A stretch of 21,677 bases of DNA from contig JACPCX010000086.1 in the NCBI GenBank assembly GCA_016184305.1, positions 1 through 21,677 of the forward strand, in the 5' to 3' direction. Under the pieces are notes generated by a model. The model did not search any database. It was not told where the DNA came from and saw nothing but the letters and a program-made list of their open reading frames with translations. Position 1 is the first letter of the stretch, and each line of letters opens with the position of its first letter. Shown piece after piece: positions 1 to 12,610 of the stretch. The position numbers and the translations under genes were made by a program. This stretch comes from Candidatus Rokuibacteriota bacterium. Its GTDB lineage: Bacteria; Methylomirabilota; Methylomirabilia; Rokubacteriales; CSP1-6.

Positions 1-2524
<2,524 letters not shown>

Positions 2525-2549
2525 GGCACTCGCTCCTCTTGGCATCGCT

Positions 2550-2578
2550 CAGATAAGAGAACGACGCTCGAGCGTCAA
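2550..2578 (-). promoter_or_regulatory. Putative sigma70-type promoter for bfr overlapped by a 14-bp palindrome
   Basis: Minus strand TTGACG-17 nt-TATCTG (weak -10). Perfect palindrome GACGCTCGAGCGTC at 2563-2576. Confidence 0.4.
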
Positions 2579-2724
2579 CAGCCAACTGTGGGTCGGCCCA
2601 CACCCGTCGATTGTAACGGCGCGGCGCTCGGGAAGCCAGACGTGGTTCCTTCGGCAGTAACGGTCACGTACCGCCTCCGAGCGAATCCCCGCCGCGCGGC
2701 CCGCGTGCCGGTGCGTAACGGTCA

Positions 2725-4803
<2,079 letters not shown>

Positions 4804-5841
4804 TCACCTGTAGCCAGCGCGGTCGGCCAGTCGGGTGGCCGCGGCCTGGAGCTCGCCCGCAGCCGCCACGTTCGTATCGTCCTGGGTGAACTTCCCCCAG
4901 CGGGCGATGATCGGGTTCAGCGCCGCCTGGGGGTTGGCCGGGTACTCGAAGTTCGCATCCGCGAACATCTGCTGGGCGTCGGGGCTCGCCAGGAACTCGA
5001 TGAGCTTGACGGCGTTGGCCCGGTTCTTCGCGTGAGCCGTGACGCCGGCGCCCGAGATGTTCACGTGGGTGCCGGTCGTCTGCTGGTTCGCCCAGAAGGG
5101 GGCGACAGGGAAGGTCGGATCCTTGGCGAGGATGCGGCCGAGATAGTACGTGTTCGCCAGGCCCACGTCGCACTGTCCCGCGGCGACGGCTTCCAGAATC
5201 TTGGTGTCGCCGTTGATCAGGGTCGGGGTGTTGGCCACCCAGCCGCGGACCATCGCCTCGACCCTGGGCTCGCCGTAGCGCTTGATCAGGGTCGCCAGGA
5301 GCGACTGGTTGTAGATGTGGCCCGAGGTGCGGAGGCAGAGGCGGCCCTTCCACCGGGGATCCCCCAGAGCCTCGTACGTGGACAGCTCCTCCGGCCTGAC
5401 CTTCTTCGTGTTGTACATGATGGTGCGCGCCCGCATGGTGAGCGCGAACCACCGGTGCTCGGGGTCGCGGAGACTGGCCGGGATGGCGGCCAGCACCTCG
5501 GGGGAGTCCACCCGGGAGAGCAGTCCGGCCCGCGCCGCGTTCCAGAGATTGCCCGCGTCCACCGTGATCAGCACGTCCGCGGGCGTCCTGTCGCCCTCGG
5601 CGCGGAGTCGCTCGAACAGCTCGGAGGAGTTGCCCCCGAAGATCTTGACCTGGATTCCGGTCTTCCTGGTGAAGGCCTCGATGGCCGGCTCCTGGCCGTA
5701 GTGCGAGCGCGCGGAGTACACGACCACCTCGGAGGCTTCGCCTCGGCCGGCGCCCGCCCCGAGCGCAATCACCGCCGCCACGACGCCGACCAGGAGCCCG
5801 CGCGCGTTCCCTGATACCTCCCCCATCGTGTTGATCCCCAT
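4804..5841 (-). CDS. Fe3+ ABC transporter substrate-binding protein (FutA/FbpA-like)
   Basis: Signal peptide, VVVYSAR, PADVLITVDAGNL, YNQSLLA, NTYY (Tyr-Tyr iron ligands), GTHVNISGAGV, NFEYP. ATG 5841 has GGAGG upstream. Confidence 0.92.
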   Translation of the reverse strand: MGINTMGEVSGNARGLLVGVVAAVIALGAGAGRGEASEVVVYSARSHYGQEPAIEAFTRKTGIQVKIFGGNSSELFERLRAEGDRTPADVLITVDAGNLWNAARAGLLSRVDSPEVLAAIPASLRDPEHRWFALTMRARTIMYNTKKVRPEELSTYEALGDPRWKGRLCLRTSGHIYNQSLLATLIKRYGEPRVEAMVRGWVANTPTLINGDTKILEAVAAGQCDVGLANTYYLGRILAKDPTFPVAPFWANQQTTGTHVNISGAGVTAHAKNRANAVKLIEFLASPDAQQMFADANFEYPANPQAALNPIIARWGKFTQDDTNVAAAGELQAAATRLADRAGYR

Positions 5842-5902
5842 GGCGCCCCCTCCCTCTGTGTTGCGAGTGTGGCCGGCGTTCCGGTGCGGGACCGGCTCCA
5901 CA

Positions 5903-5933
5903 TAAGGGTAACCTAACTACGGAGGTGCGTCAA
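5903..5933 (-). promoter_or_regulatory. sigma70-type promoter of the Fe3+ ABC operon with a DtxR/IdeR-like operator over the -10
   Basis: Minus strand TTGACG (5933-5928), 17 nt, TACCCT (5910-5905). Plus strand TAAGGGTAACCTAA (5903-5916) is an AT-rich imperfect inverted repeat resembling the IdeR/DtxR core TTAGGCTAACCTAA (12/14). Confidence 0.65.
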
Positions 5934-5944
5934 CCCTAACGTTG

Positions 5945-6844
5945 TCAGCGGGGCTGGGGGGTGGGCTTCTGGCTGCGGGCCTTCTCGATCAGGGCCTTGA
6001 CCTGCTCGTGCTCCTCGCCCTTGGGCACGAGCACCAGGAAGCGCTCCCACGCCTTGATGGCGCCGGGAGAGTCCTGCTTGACCTCGTAAAGGACCTGGCC
6101 GCGGTACAGGTACGCGGGCGCGTAGTTGGGATCGATCTGGAGCGCCTTCCCGAAGGTCTCGAGGGCGGAGTCCCCGTGGCCGCCGATGGCGACGATGCGG
6201 GCCAGGTGGGTCATGGCGTCCACGTTCCTGGGATCGCGCTTGAGCACCGCCTGGTAGGCGCTGATGGCCTGCTGGTATTGCCCGGCTTCGAGGCTCTGGC
6301 GGGCGGCCTGGAGCATGCCCGCCATCACCTCCGGAGTGACCGGCTGCCCGGAGATCTGCGGGGGGCCAGCCGGGGTCGGAGCTTCGGCCCCAGCCGAGCC
6401 TCCCGGAGTCGGCGGCATGGGCATCGTCATGCCGCCCTGTGGCATCGCGCTCGGGTCTGGCTGGGTGAAGCGCCCGATGTTGAGTCCGAGGAAGACGCCG
6501 GGGGGGGCGGCCGCTTCCGCGCGCGCTGTCTCGGCCTGCCGCCGGGGCTCGGGGGCGAGCGCGTCGAGGGCGTGGAGGAGCGCCGCGGCGCGCGACTCGT
6601 AGCGATCCCGGAGCGGGCGGTAGTCCTCCTCGGACAGGTGACCGGCCTCGTAGTCGAACTCGATCTCCTTGAGCGCCCGGTAGATGGAGGCCTTTTCTTC
6701 GGAGAGCTCGAGGCGCTTGTCGTCGGCGGAGGTCGGTGCGGTGCTGGTTGCGGCCCATCCCTCAGTTCCGCGCCGGAAGAGCGGCCAGAGGACCAGCAGC
6801 AAGCCGGGGAGTGCGATCAGGATGACCGGGAGGATCTGCTTCAT
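5945..6844 (-). CDS. CcmI/CycH-like TPR protein of cytochrome c maturation
   Basis: N-terminal TM helix, CcmI-like segment (IYRALKEIEFDYEAGHLSEEDY), Pro/Met-rich linker and C-terminal TPR repeats. It is the last gene of the ccm operon. Confidence 0.8.
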   Translation of the reverse strand: MKQILPVILIALPGLLLVLWPLFRRGTEGWAATSTAPTSADDKRLELSEEKASIYRALKEIEFDYEAGHLSEEDYRPLRDRYESRAAALLHALDALAPEPRRQAETARAEAAAPPGVFLGLNIGRFTQPDPSAMPQGGMTMPMPPTPGGSAGAEAPTPAGPPQISGQPVTPEVMAGMLQAARQSLEAGQYQQAISAYQAVLKRDPRNVDAMTHLARIVAIGGHGDSALETFGKALQIDPNYAPAYLYRGQVLYEVKQDSPGAIKAWERFLVLVPKGEEHEQVKALIEKARSQKPTPQPR

Positions 6845-6846
6845 TG

Positions 6847-6970
6847 ATCTCGCCTGAATGTGGGAGACGCCACGCGGCGGCCTGGCCTCTTCGCCCTTGT
6901 CGGGGTCTTTTCATCTCGCCTGAATGTGGAAGACGTCACGCGGCGGTCTGGCCTCTTCGCCCTTGTCGGG
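6847..6970. repeat. Two-copy tandem direct repeat (58-nt unit, 66-nt period) filling the ccmH-ccmI intergenic gap
   Basis: ATCTCGCCTGAATGTGGRAGACGYCACGCGGCGGYCTGGCCTCTTCGCCCTTGTCGGG occurs at 6847-6904 and 6913-6970 with 3 mismatches. Confidence 0.95.
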
Positions 6971-6971
6971 C

Positions 6972-7448
6972 TCATCGGTGGTCCAGGTCGGCCATCTCGC
7001 GGTGGATGCGGTCGCGGGTGGCGGCGTCCATCTCGGGGATTCCCGCGGTCACGGCGGCCGGGCGGCGGCTCCAGCGCCGCACGGTGAAAGCCACGAGCAC
7101 GAGGCCCAGGCCGAGGCCCACGAAGGGGACGATCCAGACCAGGAGGTTGAAGCCTTGCTTCGGCGGCGAGAGCAGGACCCAGAGCCCGTACTTCTCGACG
7201 AAGTAGGCCTTCACCTGCTCCGGGGTCTCGCCCGCGGCCAGGCGCTCGCGGATGATGCCGCGCATCTGGTTCGCCGTCTCCGATGGGGAGTCGGCGACGG
7301 AGAGATTCTGGCAGACGACGCAGCGAAGCTCGGTGCCGATCTCCCGCACCGTGTCCTCGTTCACCGGCGCCGCCGCGAGAGCGGGCAGCGCGGCCATGAT
7401 GACGAGGAGCGCCGCGGCCGCGAGGCGGGTCAGGGCAGGGTGGCTCAT
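6972..7448 (-). CDS. ccmH: Cytochrome c biogenesis protein CcmH/CcmL (NrfF-like)
   Basis: Signal/TM, ELRCVVCQNLSVADS, YFVEKYGLWVLLSPP and a C-terminal TM. The start overlaps the ccmG stop (ATGA). Confidence 0.92.
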   Translation of the reverse strand: MSHPALTRLAAAALLVIMAALPALAAAPVNEDTVREIGTELRCVVCQNLSVADSPSETANQMRGIIRERLAAGETPEQVKAYFVEKYGLWVLLSPPKQGFNLLVWIVPFVGLGLGLVLVAFTVRRWSRRPAAVTAGIPEMDAATRDRIHREMADLDHR

Positions 7449-7984
7449 GGGCGCTCCGCGAGCAGCCGGTCCACGTTGGCGCTGAAGATCGCGTCGGTCA
7501 CCGCGCCCACGTGCTTGGCCCGGATGCGTCCCGCGCGGTCGATGAAGAAGGTCTCCGGCACGCCATAGACGCCGTAGTCCACGGATACGCGGCCGGCGGG
7601 GTCGGGCGCGTTGGGGAAGGTGTGGCCGAACTGGGCGAGGAACCGCTTCGCGGGCTCCTCCTTGTCCTGGATGTTGATGCCGACGAGCGTCATGTCGCGG
7701 TCCTTGTACGCGCGCCAGCCCCGCTCGAGCACCGGCGCTTCCTCGTAGCAGGCCGGGTAGCACCAGGACGCCCAGAAGTTGATCACGACCACGCGGCCGC
7801 GCAACCCTTCGAGGGAGATCTCCGGGCCGTCGAAGGTCTTCAGCCTGAAGGCTGCGGCGGGCTTGCCCACCAGGGGCGTGGGGATGGCCCGGGGGTCCGT
7901 GCGGAAGCCGTAGGCCAGCAGCACGATCACCGGGATCGCCGCCAGCGGGATGGCCCAGCGGCCCCAGCGGGTGGAGCCGCTCAT
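7445..7984 (-). CDS. ccmG: Membrane-anchored thioredoxin-like protein (CcmG/DsbE, TlpA-like) with atypical CYPAC motif
   Basis: TM anchor, VVINFWASWCYPACYEEAP, YGVYGVPETFFID (cis-Pro loop). It lies between ccmF and ccmH with ATGA overlaps. Confidence 0.9.
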   Translation of the reverse strand: MSGSTRWGRWAIPLAAIPVIVLLAYGFRTDPRAIPTPLVGKPAAAFRLKTFDGPEISLEGLRGRVVVINFWASWCYPACYEEAPVLERGWRAYKDRDMTLVGINIQDKEEPAKRFLAQFGHTFPNAPDPAGRVSVDYGVYGVPETFFIDRAGRIRAKHVGAVTDAIFSANVDRLLAERP

Positions 7985-9927
7985 GCCGCCTTCTTCCGGT
8001 CGGGCAGGATCGCGAGTCCCGTGCCGAGGGTGAGCACGAGCCCGCCCAGCCAGAGCCACGAGACCATGCGGTTCACCTGGAGCTTGATCGTGGCCTGGGA
8101 GCCGTCGCGGGCGAAATCGCCCAGGACGAGGTACACGTCCTCGATGAGCCCCAGCCGGTAGTCCACGTACGCGATGGGGTTCTGCTCCTGAGCGTAGAAC
8201 TTCTTCGCGGGATAGAGGACATCCCGGCTGCCGACTCCGTTGGAAATGGTGAAGGTGCCGGTGACCTTGAAGTGATTGGACTCCTCGGAGGCCCGGAGGC
8301 CGTCGAAGCGCACCCGGTAGCCGCCCAGCTCCACGCTCTCGCCCCTCCCCAGCGTGGTTTCCATATGCAGCGACCACGCGTTCGACCCCGCGACGCCCAG
8401 CGCCACCACCAGGATCCCGAGGTGGACCACGAAGCCGCCGTAGCGGCGGTTCTGGCGCCGCAGCAGCCCCAGCGTCGCCGCCGCCCAGCCGTCGCCGCTG
8501 CGGCGCCGGGCGCGCACGGCGCGGAGGAAGTCGAGCACGATGGTGCCCGTGACGAATACCACCGCGGCGATGCACAGGAGGACAAGGCTGTTCGCGATGC
8601 CCAGCGCGCGCGCGATCACGGCCGCCGCCACGCCCACCGCCGTCGGCATCAGGAAGTTCCGCCTGAGGTTGTCGGCCGAGGCGCGGCGCCACGCGATGAG
8701 CGGGCCCACGCCCATCAGGATGAGCAGCCCGAGGAAGAGGGGGATGTTCACCAGGTTGAAGAAGGGGGCGCCGACGCTGACCTTCACGCCGCGCACGGCC
8801 TCCGAGAGGAGCGGGAAGATGGTCCCGAAGAAGACGGTGAACGCCGCCGCCACCAGGAAGACGTTGTTCAGGAGGAACACCGATTCGCGCGAGAAGATCG
8901 AGTCCAGCTCTCCCTGCGCCTTCAGGCGGTCCATGCGCCACGCCAGCAGCGAGAAGGAGGTCAGCAGGACCAGCGCCAGGAAGCCGAGGAAGAAGGCCCC
9001 GATGGTGCCCTGGGTGAAGGCGTGAACGGAGCCGATGATGCCCGAGCGCGTGAGGAACGTGCCGAAGATCGTGAGGCTGAAGGTGAGGATGACGAGCGTG
9101 AGGTTCCAGATCTTCAACATGCGCCGCCGCTCCTGGATCATCACGGAGTGGAGGAGCGCGGTGCCGGTCAGCCACGGCAGGACGGCGGCATTCTCCACGG
9201 GATCCCACGCCCAGTAGCCGCCCCAGCCCAGCACGTGGTAGCTCCACCAGCCACCGATCAGGAGCCCCAGCGCCAGGAAGTACCAGGCGATGACGGTCCA
9301 GCGGCGGGTGATGGTGATCCACTCGTCGCCGATCCGGCCCGTGGCCAGCGCCGCGAGGGCGAACGCGAACGGGACGCTGAAGCCCGTGAACCCGAGGTAG
9401 AGCGCCACCGGGTGGGTGATCATCCCGGAGTCCTGGAGGAGCGGGTTCAGGCCGCGCCCGTCCGGGGGCACCGGGGTGAGCCGCTCGAATGGCGGCGCCG
9501 GGATCGTCATCACCAGGAGGAAGAAGGCCGCGATGCCCATCATGGCCGAGAGCACCCAGGGGTAGAACTCCGGGTGCCGCCGGCGGTACTGGACGACCAC
9601 GATAAGCGTGTACAGGGCGAGCATCCAGGTCCACAGGATGATGGAGCCCTCGAGCGCTCCCCACAGCGCCGTGATCCGGTAGTAAAACGGGGTGCCCCGG
9701 TTGGTGTTGACGGCGACGTAGCGCACCGAGAAGTCGAAGGTGAGGAAGGCGTAGACGAGGAGCAGCATGCAGCCCGTCACCAGGATCCACACGCCGACGG
9801 CCGCTCGCTCGGAGGAGTGCACGAGGGCCGTGCGGCCGGTGCGGCCTGCGACGGCGGAGGCGATGCTCCCGTACAGGGCGAGCCCGAAGGCCACAACGGT
9901 GGCCGCGTACCCCAGTTCCGGAGTCAT
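7981..9927 (-). CDS. ccmF: Heme lyase CcmF
   Basis: WGALEGS, GLNPLLQ, ITHP, WGGYWAWDPVENA (WWD domain), TFLTRSGIIGSVHAF. Start ATG 9927 overlaps the ccmE stop. Confidence 0.97.
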   Translation of the reverse strand: MTPELGYAATVVAFGLALYGSIASAVAGRTGRTALVHSSERAAVGVWILVTGCMLLLVYAFLTFDFSVRYVAVNTNRGTPFYYRITALWGALEGSIILWTWMLALYTLIVVVQYRRRHPEFYPWVLSAMMGIAAFFLLVMTIPAPPFERLTPVPPDGRGLNPLLQDSGMITHPVALYLGFTGFSVPFAFALAALATGRIGDEWITITRRWTVIAWYFLALGLLIGGWWSYHVLGWGGYWAWDPVENAAVLPWLTGTALLHSVMIQERRRMLKIWNLTLVILTFSLTIFGTFLTRSGIIGSVHAFTQGTIGAFFLGFLALVLLTSFSLLAWRMDRLKAQGELDSIFSRESVFLLNNVFLVAAAFTVFFGTIFPLLSEAVRGVKVSVGAPFFNLVNIPLFLGLLILMGVGPLIAWRRASADNLRRNFLMPTAVGVAAAVIARALGIANSLVLLCIAAVVFVTGTIVLDFLRAVRARRRSGDGWAAATLGLLRRQNRRYGGFVVHLGILVVALGVAGSNAWSLHMETTLGRGESVELGGYRVRFDGLRASEESNHFKVTGTFTISNGVGSRDVLYPAKKFYAQEQNPIAYVDYRLGLIEDVYLVLGDFARDGSQATIKLQVNRMVSWLWLGGLVLTLGTGLAILPDRKKAA

Positions 9928-10346
9928 CGCATGAGCTCCTTGTAGCCGGGCTCGGCCGCGCCGTCGTGGGGCGCCTTGTACTCTTCCGAATGCTTGGCCA
10001 GGATGGTGGCCGCCTTGAAGTGCCCGTCGGCGGTCCACGTGCCCTCCACCACCGCCCCGCGCCCCTCCGCGAACAGGTCGGGGGGGGTGCCTTTGTGCCG
10101 CACCGGCACCGCCGTCTTGCCGTCGGAAACCGCGAAGGTGAGGTCGAGGCTCTTCGGCTCCCACTTGAGCGTGCCGGCCTGCACCATGCCGCCGAGCCGG
10201 TAGGTCTTGCCGCTCACCGGCGCCGCCATCAGCTCGCTGGGCGTCACGAAGTAGACCAACGACTGGCTCACTCCGGCGTAGACGAGGTAGCCGAGGGCGC
10301 CCAGGATGAACACCCCCCCGACGATGAACTTGGCTCTGCGCTTCAT
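9924..10346 (-). CDS. ccmE: Heme chaperone CcmE
   Basis: N-terminal TM, YFVTPSE, RLGGMV, PDLFAEGRGAVVEG, LAKHSEEY (heme-binding HxxxY). Confidence 0.96.
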   Translation of the reverse strand: MKRRAKFIVGGVFILGALGYLVYAGVSQSLVYFVTPSELMAAPVSGKTYRLGGMVQAGTLKWEPKSLDLTFAVSDGKTAVPVRHKGTPPDLFAEGRGAVVEGTWTADGHFKAATILAKHSEEYKAPHDGAAEPGYKELMR

Positions 10347-10483
10347 GCTGCCCCGCCTTCCTTTCCGCGCCGACGCGAGAGCAGGTCCCGGCTCCGCCGC
10401 GCGAGGTGACGCCAGTACCCCCCGAACGCGATCGCCGCGAACCCGTATGCCGCGAAGACGTATCCCCAGTGATCGGGCATCAT
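10343..10483 (-). CDS. ccmD: Heme exporter protein D (45-46 aa, below the ORF-track cutoff)
   Basis: Manual translation (M)MPDHWGYVFAAYGFAAIAFGGYWRHLARRSRDLLSRRRGKEGGAA*. It has a YVxxAYG TM followed by a basic tail, lies between ccmC and ccmE, and its stop overlaps the ccmE ATG. Confidence 0.85.
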   Translation of the reverse strand: MMPDHWGYVFAAYGFAAIAFGGYWRHLARRSRDLLSRRRGKEGGAA

Positions 10484-10487
10484 CTTA

Positions 10488-11141
10488 TCAGGCATCGACG
10501 GCTCCATCATCCAGTCGCGCGATCTCGATCCGGCGCGCCAGGAAGTAGACGAACAGCAGCGTGAAGGCCACCCAGTTGACCAGGAGCGCGGTGGCGATGG
10601 GGGCAGCGATGGGGGAGGGCTCCGGGCCGAGGATCGTGGACGGCTGATGGAGCGCCCGCCACCACTTCACCGAGAAGTGCACGATGGGGATATTGGCCGC
10701 TCCCACGATGCCGACCACGGCCGCGTAGCGTCCCCGCCGCTCGGGCTCGTCCACCATGCCCCGCAGGAGCAGGTAGCCCGTGTACACGAGGAAGAGCACC
10801 GCCGTCGAGGTCAACCGGGCGTCCCAGGTCCACCAGGTGCCCCACGTCGGCTTGCCCCAGATCGAGCCGGTCACGATGGTCACGCCGGTGAACAGCACTC
10901 CCAGCTCGCTGGCCGAGGCCGCCAGGCGGTCCCACGCCTGCCTGCGCGTCGCCAGGTAGCCGATGCTCCCGAGCAGCACGAGGCCGAAGGCCAGGTACGC
11001 GGTGAGGATCGAGGGCACGTGCAGGTACATGATCCGCTGCACGTTCCCCTGGGCCGCCTCCCGCGGTGCATAGCCGAAGCCGACGGCGAGGCCGGCCAGC
11101 AGCGCGAGGCCGGTCAGCCATCCGAGGGCGCGGTTGCGCAT
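10488..11141 (-). CDS. ccmC: Heme exporter protein C
   Basis: RIMYLHVP, WGKPTWGTWWTWDARLT (WWD), WWRALHQ. SD GAGGAGG precedes ATG 11141. Confidence 0.97.
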   Translation of the reverse strand: MRNRALGWLTGLALLAGLAVGFGYAPREAAQGNVQRIMYLHVPSILTAYLAFGLVLLGSIGYLATRRQAWDRLAASASELGVLFTGVTIVTGSIWGKPTWGTWWTWDARLTSTAVLFLVYTGYLLLRGMVDEPERRGRYAAVVGIVGAANIPIVHFSVKWWRALHQPSTILGPEPSPIAAPIATALLVNWVAFTLLFVYFLARRIEIARLDDGAVDA

Positions 11142-11154
11142 GATCGGCCTCCTC

Positions 11155-11835
11155 TCAGGCATCCAGGATGAACTCGAAGGTGAGAAGCCCGATGACAAGG
11201 TACACGACGTCGGCGCCGGCGAGGAGCTTGAGCCACGAGGCGGCCTCGGCGAGCGGCTGCCCGCCCAGCACGATCTGGGTGGCGCTCACGGTGGCGAGCA
11301 GCACCGGGACCTGCACAGGGAGGAGTAGCACCGGGAAGAGCAGCTCCCGCGCCCGCACCTGTGCCGTCATGGCCGCGAACAGCGTGCCCACGGCGGAGAG
11401 TCCCACGGTGCCCAGGAACAGCACCACGGCCAGGGGCCCGAGCACACCCCAGAGGTCCACGTTGTAGAAGACGCCGAACAGGCCCACGAGCACCACCTCG
11501 ACCACCGTCATGAGGACGAAGTTGGCGAGGAGCTTGCCGAGGTAGATCGCCGACTTGTCCCCGGGCGTGAGCAGGAGCCCTTCCCAGCAGTCGTTGTCGC
11601 GCTCGGCGATGAACACCCGGCCGAGGCCCAGGAGCCCCGCCAGGACGAAGCCGAGCCACAGGAGACCGGGCAGCGCCGCCTGGAGCCGCTCCCGGTCGGG
11701 ACCGAGGGCGAACTGGAACAGGAAGAGCAGCAGCAGGGAGAAGAAGAAGAGCGCGTTCAGGCTCTCCTTCGAGCGGCGCTCCGTGAGGAGATCCTTCCAG
11801 AGCACGATCCAGGCCCGCCGGCCGTACGCGGTCAT
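11155..11835 (-). CDS. ccmB: Heme exporter protein B
   Basis: KDLLTERRS, PGLLW, IYLGKL, ELLFPVLLLPVQVPVL. Polytopic membrane protein between ccmA and ccmC. Confidence 0.94.
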   Translation of the reverse strand: MTAYGRRAWIVLWKDLLTERRSKESLNALFFFSLLLLFLFQFALGPDRERLQAALPGLLWLGFVLAGLLGLGRVFIAERDNDCWEGLLLTPGDKSAIYLGKLLANFVLMTVVEVVLVGLFGVFYNVDLWGVLGPLAVVLFLGTVGLSAVGTLFAAMTAQVRARELLFPVLLLPVQVPVLLATVSATQIVLGGQPLAEAASWLKLLAGADVVYLVIGLLTFEFILDA

Positions 11836-12542
11836 GTGTCTTGCTTGAATTCGGTGAGGTCGTCGTAGAGACGGCGGAGGTCGTCCCGAGACAGATCGGC
11901 GGCGGGCTGGTCCAGCACGAGCCTGCCGCCGGCCAGGATCGCGATGCGGTCCGCGACGCCGAGGGCGCCCTCGAAGCTGTGGGTGGCCAGGACGACGGCA
12001 CCGCCCCCGCCCTTGAAGGCGAGCAGGAACTCGCTGAGCCACTTGCGGCCCTGGCGGTCGAGCCCGGTGAAGGGCTCGTCGAGGAGCAGCAGACGGGCGC
12101 GTCCGAGGGCGACCCGCGCCAGGCCGATCCGCCGCTTCATGCCGGAGGAGAAGGTGCGCGCGCGCTCGTGGGCCACGGCCTCGAGCTCCACCTGCGAGAG
12201 CGCCGCCAGGAGCCGTCCTTCCGAAGCGTCGTGGCCCCCCATGGTCGCCCAGAAGCGCAGGTTCTCGAGCGCGCTCAGGTCCTCGTACACGTAGGAGCCG
12301 TGGGCCACCATGGCGATGGCTTCGCGGACGGTCTCGGGGCTGCGGAGAGCATCGACTCCGGCCACCGTGAGCGAGCCCGAGGAGGGGCGGACGAGCGTCG
12401 CGAAGATCCGGAGGAGCGTGGTCTTCCCGGCGCCGTTGGGTCCAATCAGGACGAGACAGGTCCCGGCTGGCACCTCGAGCGACACGCCATCGATCACGGG
12501 CGTTCTCGCGAAGGACTTCCGGAGACCGGCGGCGGTGATCAT
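11832..12542 (-). CDS. ccmA: Heme exporter ATP-binding protein A
   Basis: Walker A GPNGAGKTT, signature FSSGMKRR, Walker B LLLLDEPFTGLD, ATH switch. Start taken at MITAAGL; the ORF-track extension overlaps htpX and is spurious. Confidence 0.93.
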   Translation of the reverse strand: MITAAGLRKSFARTPVIDGVSLEVPAGTCLVLIGPNGAGKTTLLRIFATLVRPSSGSLTVAGVDALRSPETVREAIAMVAHGSYVYEDLSALENLRFWATMGGHDASEGRLLAALSQVELEAVAHERARTFSSGMKRRIGLARVALGRARLLLLDEPFTGLDRQGRKWLSEFLLAFKGGGGAVVLATHSFEGALGVADRIAILAGGRLVLDQPAADLSRDDLRRLYDDLTEFKQDT

Positions 12543-12553
12543 CTCATGTCGTG

Positions 12554-12585
12554 AAAAGGGGGGAGCCGATCGCCGGTCTCCCCCC
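12554..12585 (-). terminator. Rho-independent terminator-like hairpin after htpX
   Basis: Minus strand GGGGGGAG(A)CCG-gcgat-CGGCTCCCCCC followed by TTTT. The stem is 11 bp with one bulge. Confidence 0.7.
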
Positions 12586-12610
12586 GGGCTCTCCGGTGTC
12601 TGGTCGTGAC

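Noticed and set aside
6847..6970. CRISPR array
   Set aside because: Only two units of 58 nt with an 8-nt gap, no unique spacers and no cas genes.
6972..9790. Apparent long or fused CcmG (781 aa) and CcmH (263 aa) in the ORF track
   Set aside because: The N-terminal extensions are alternate frames of upstream ccm genes. The true starts are at ATGA overlaps (7984, 7448).
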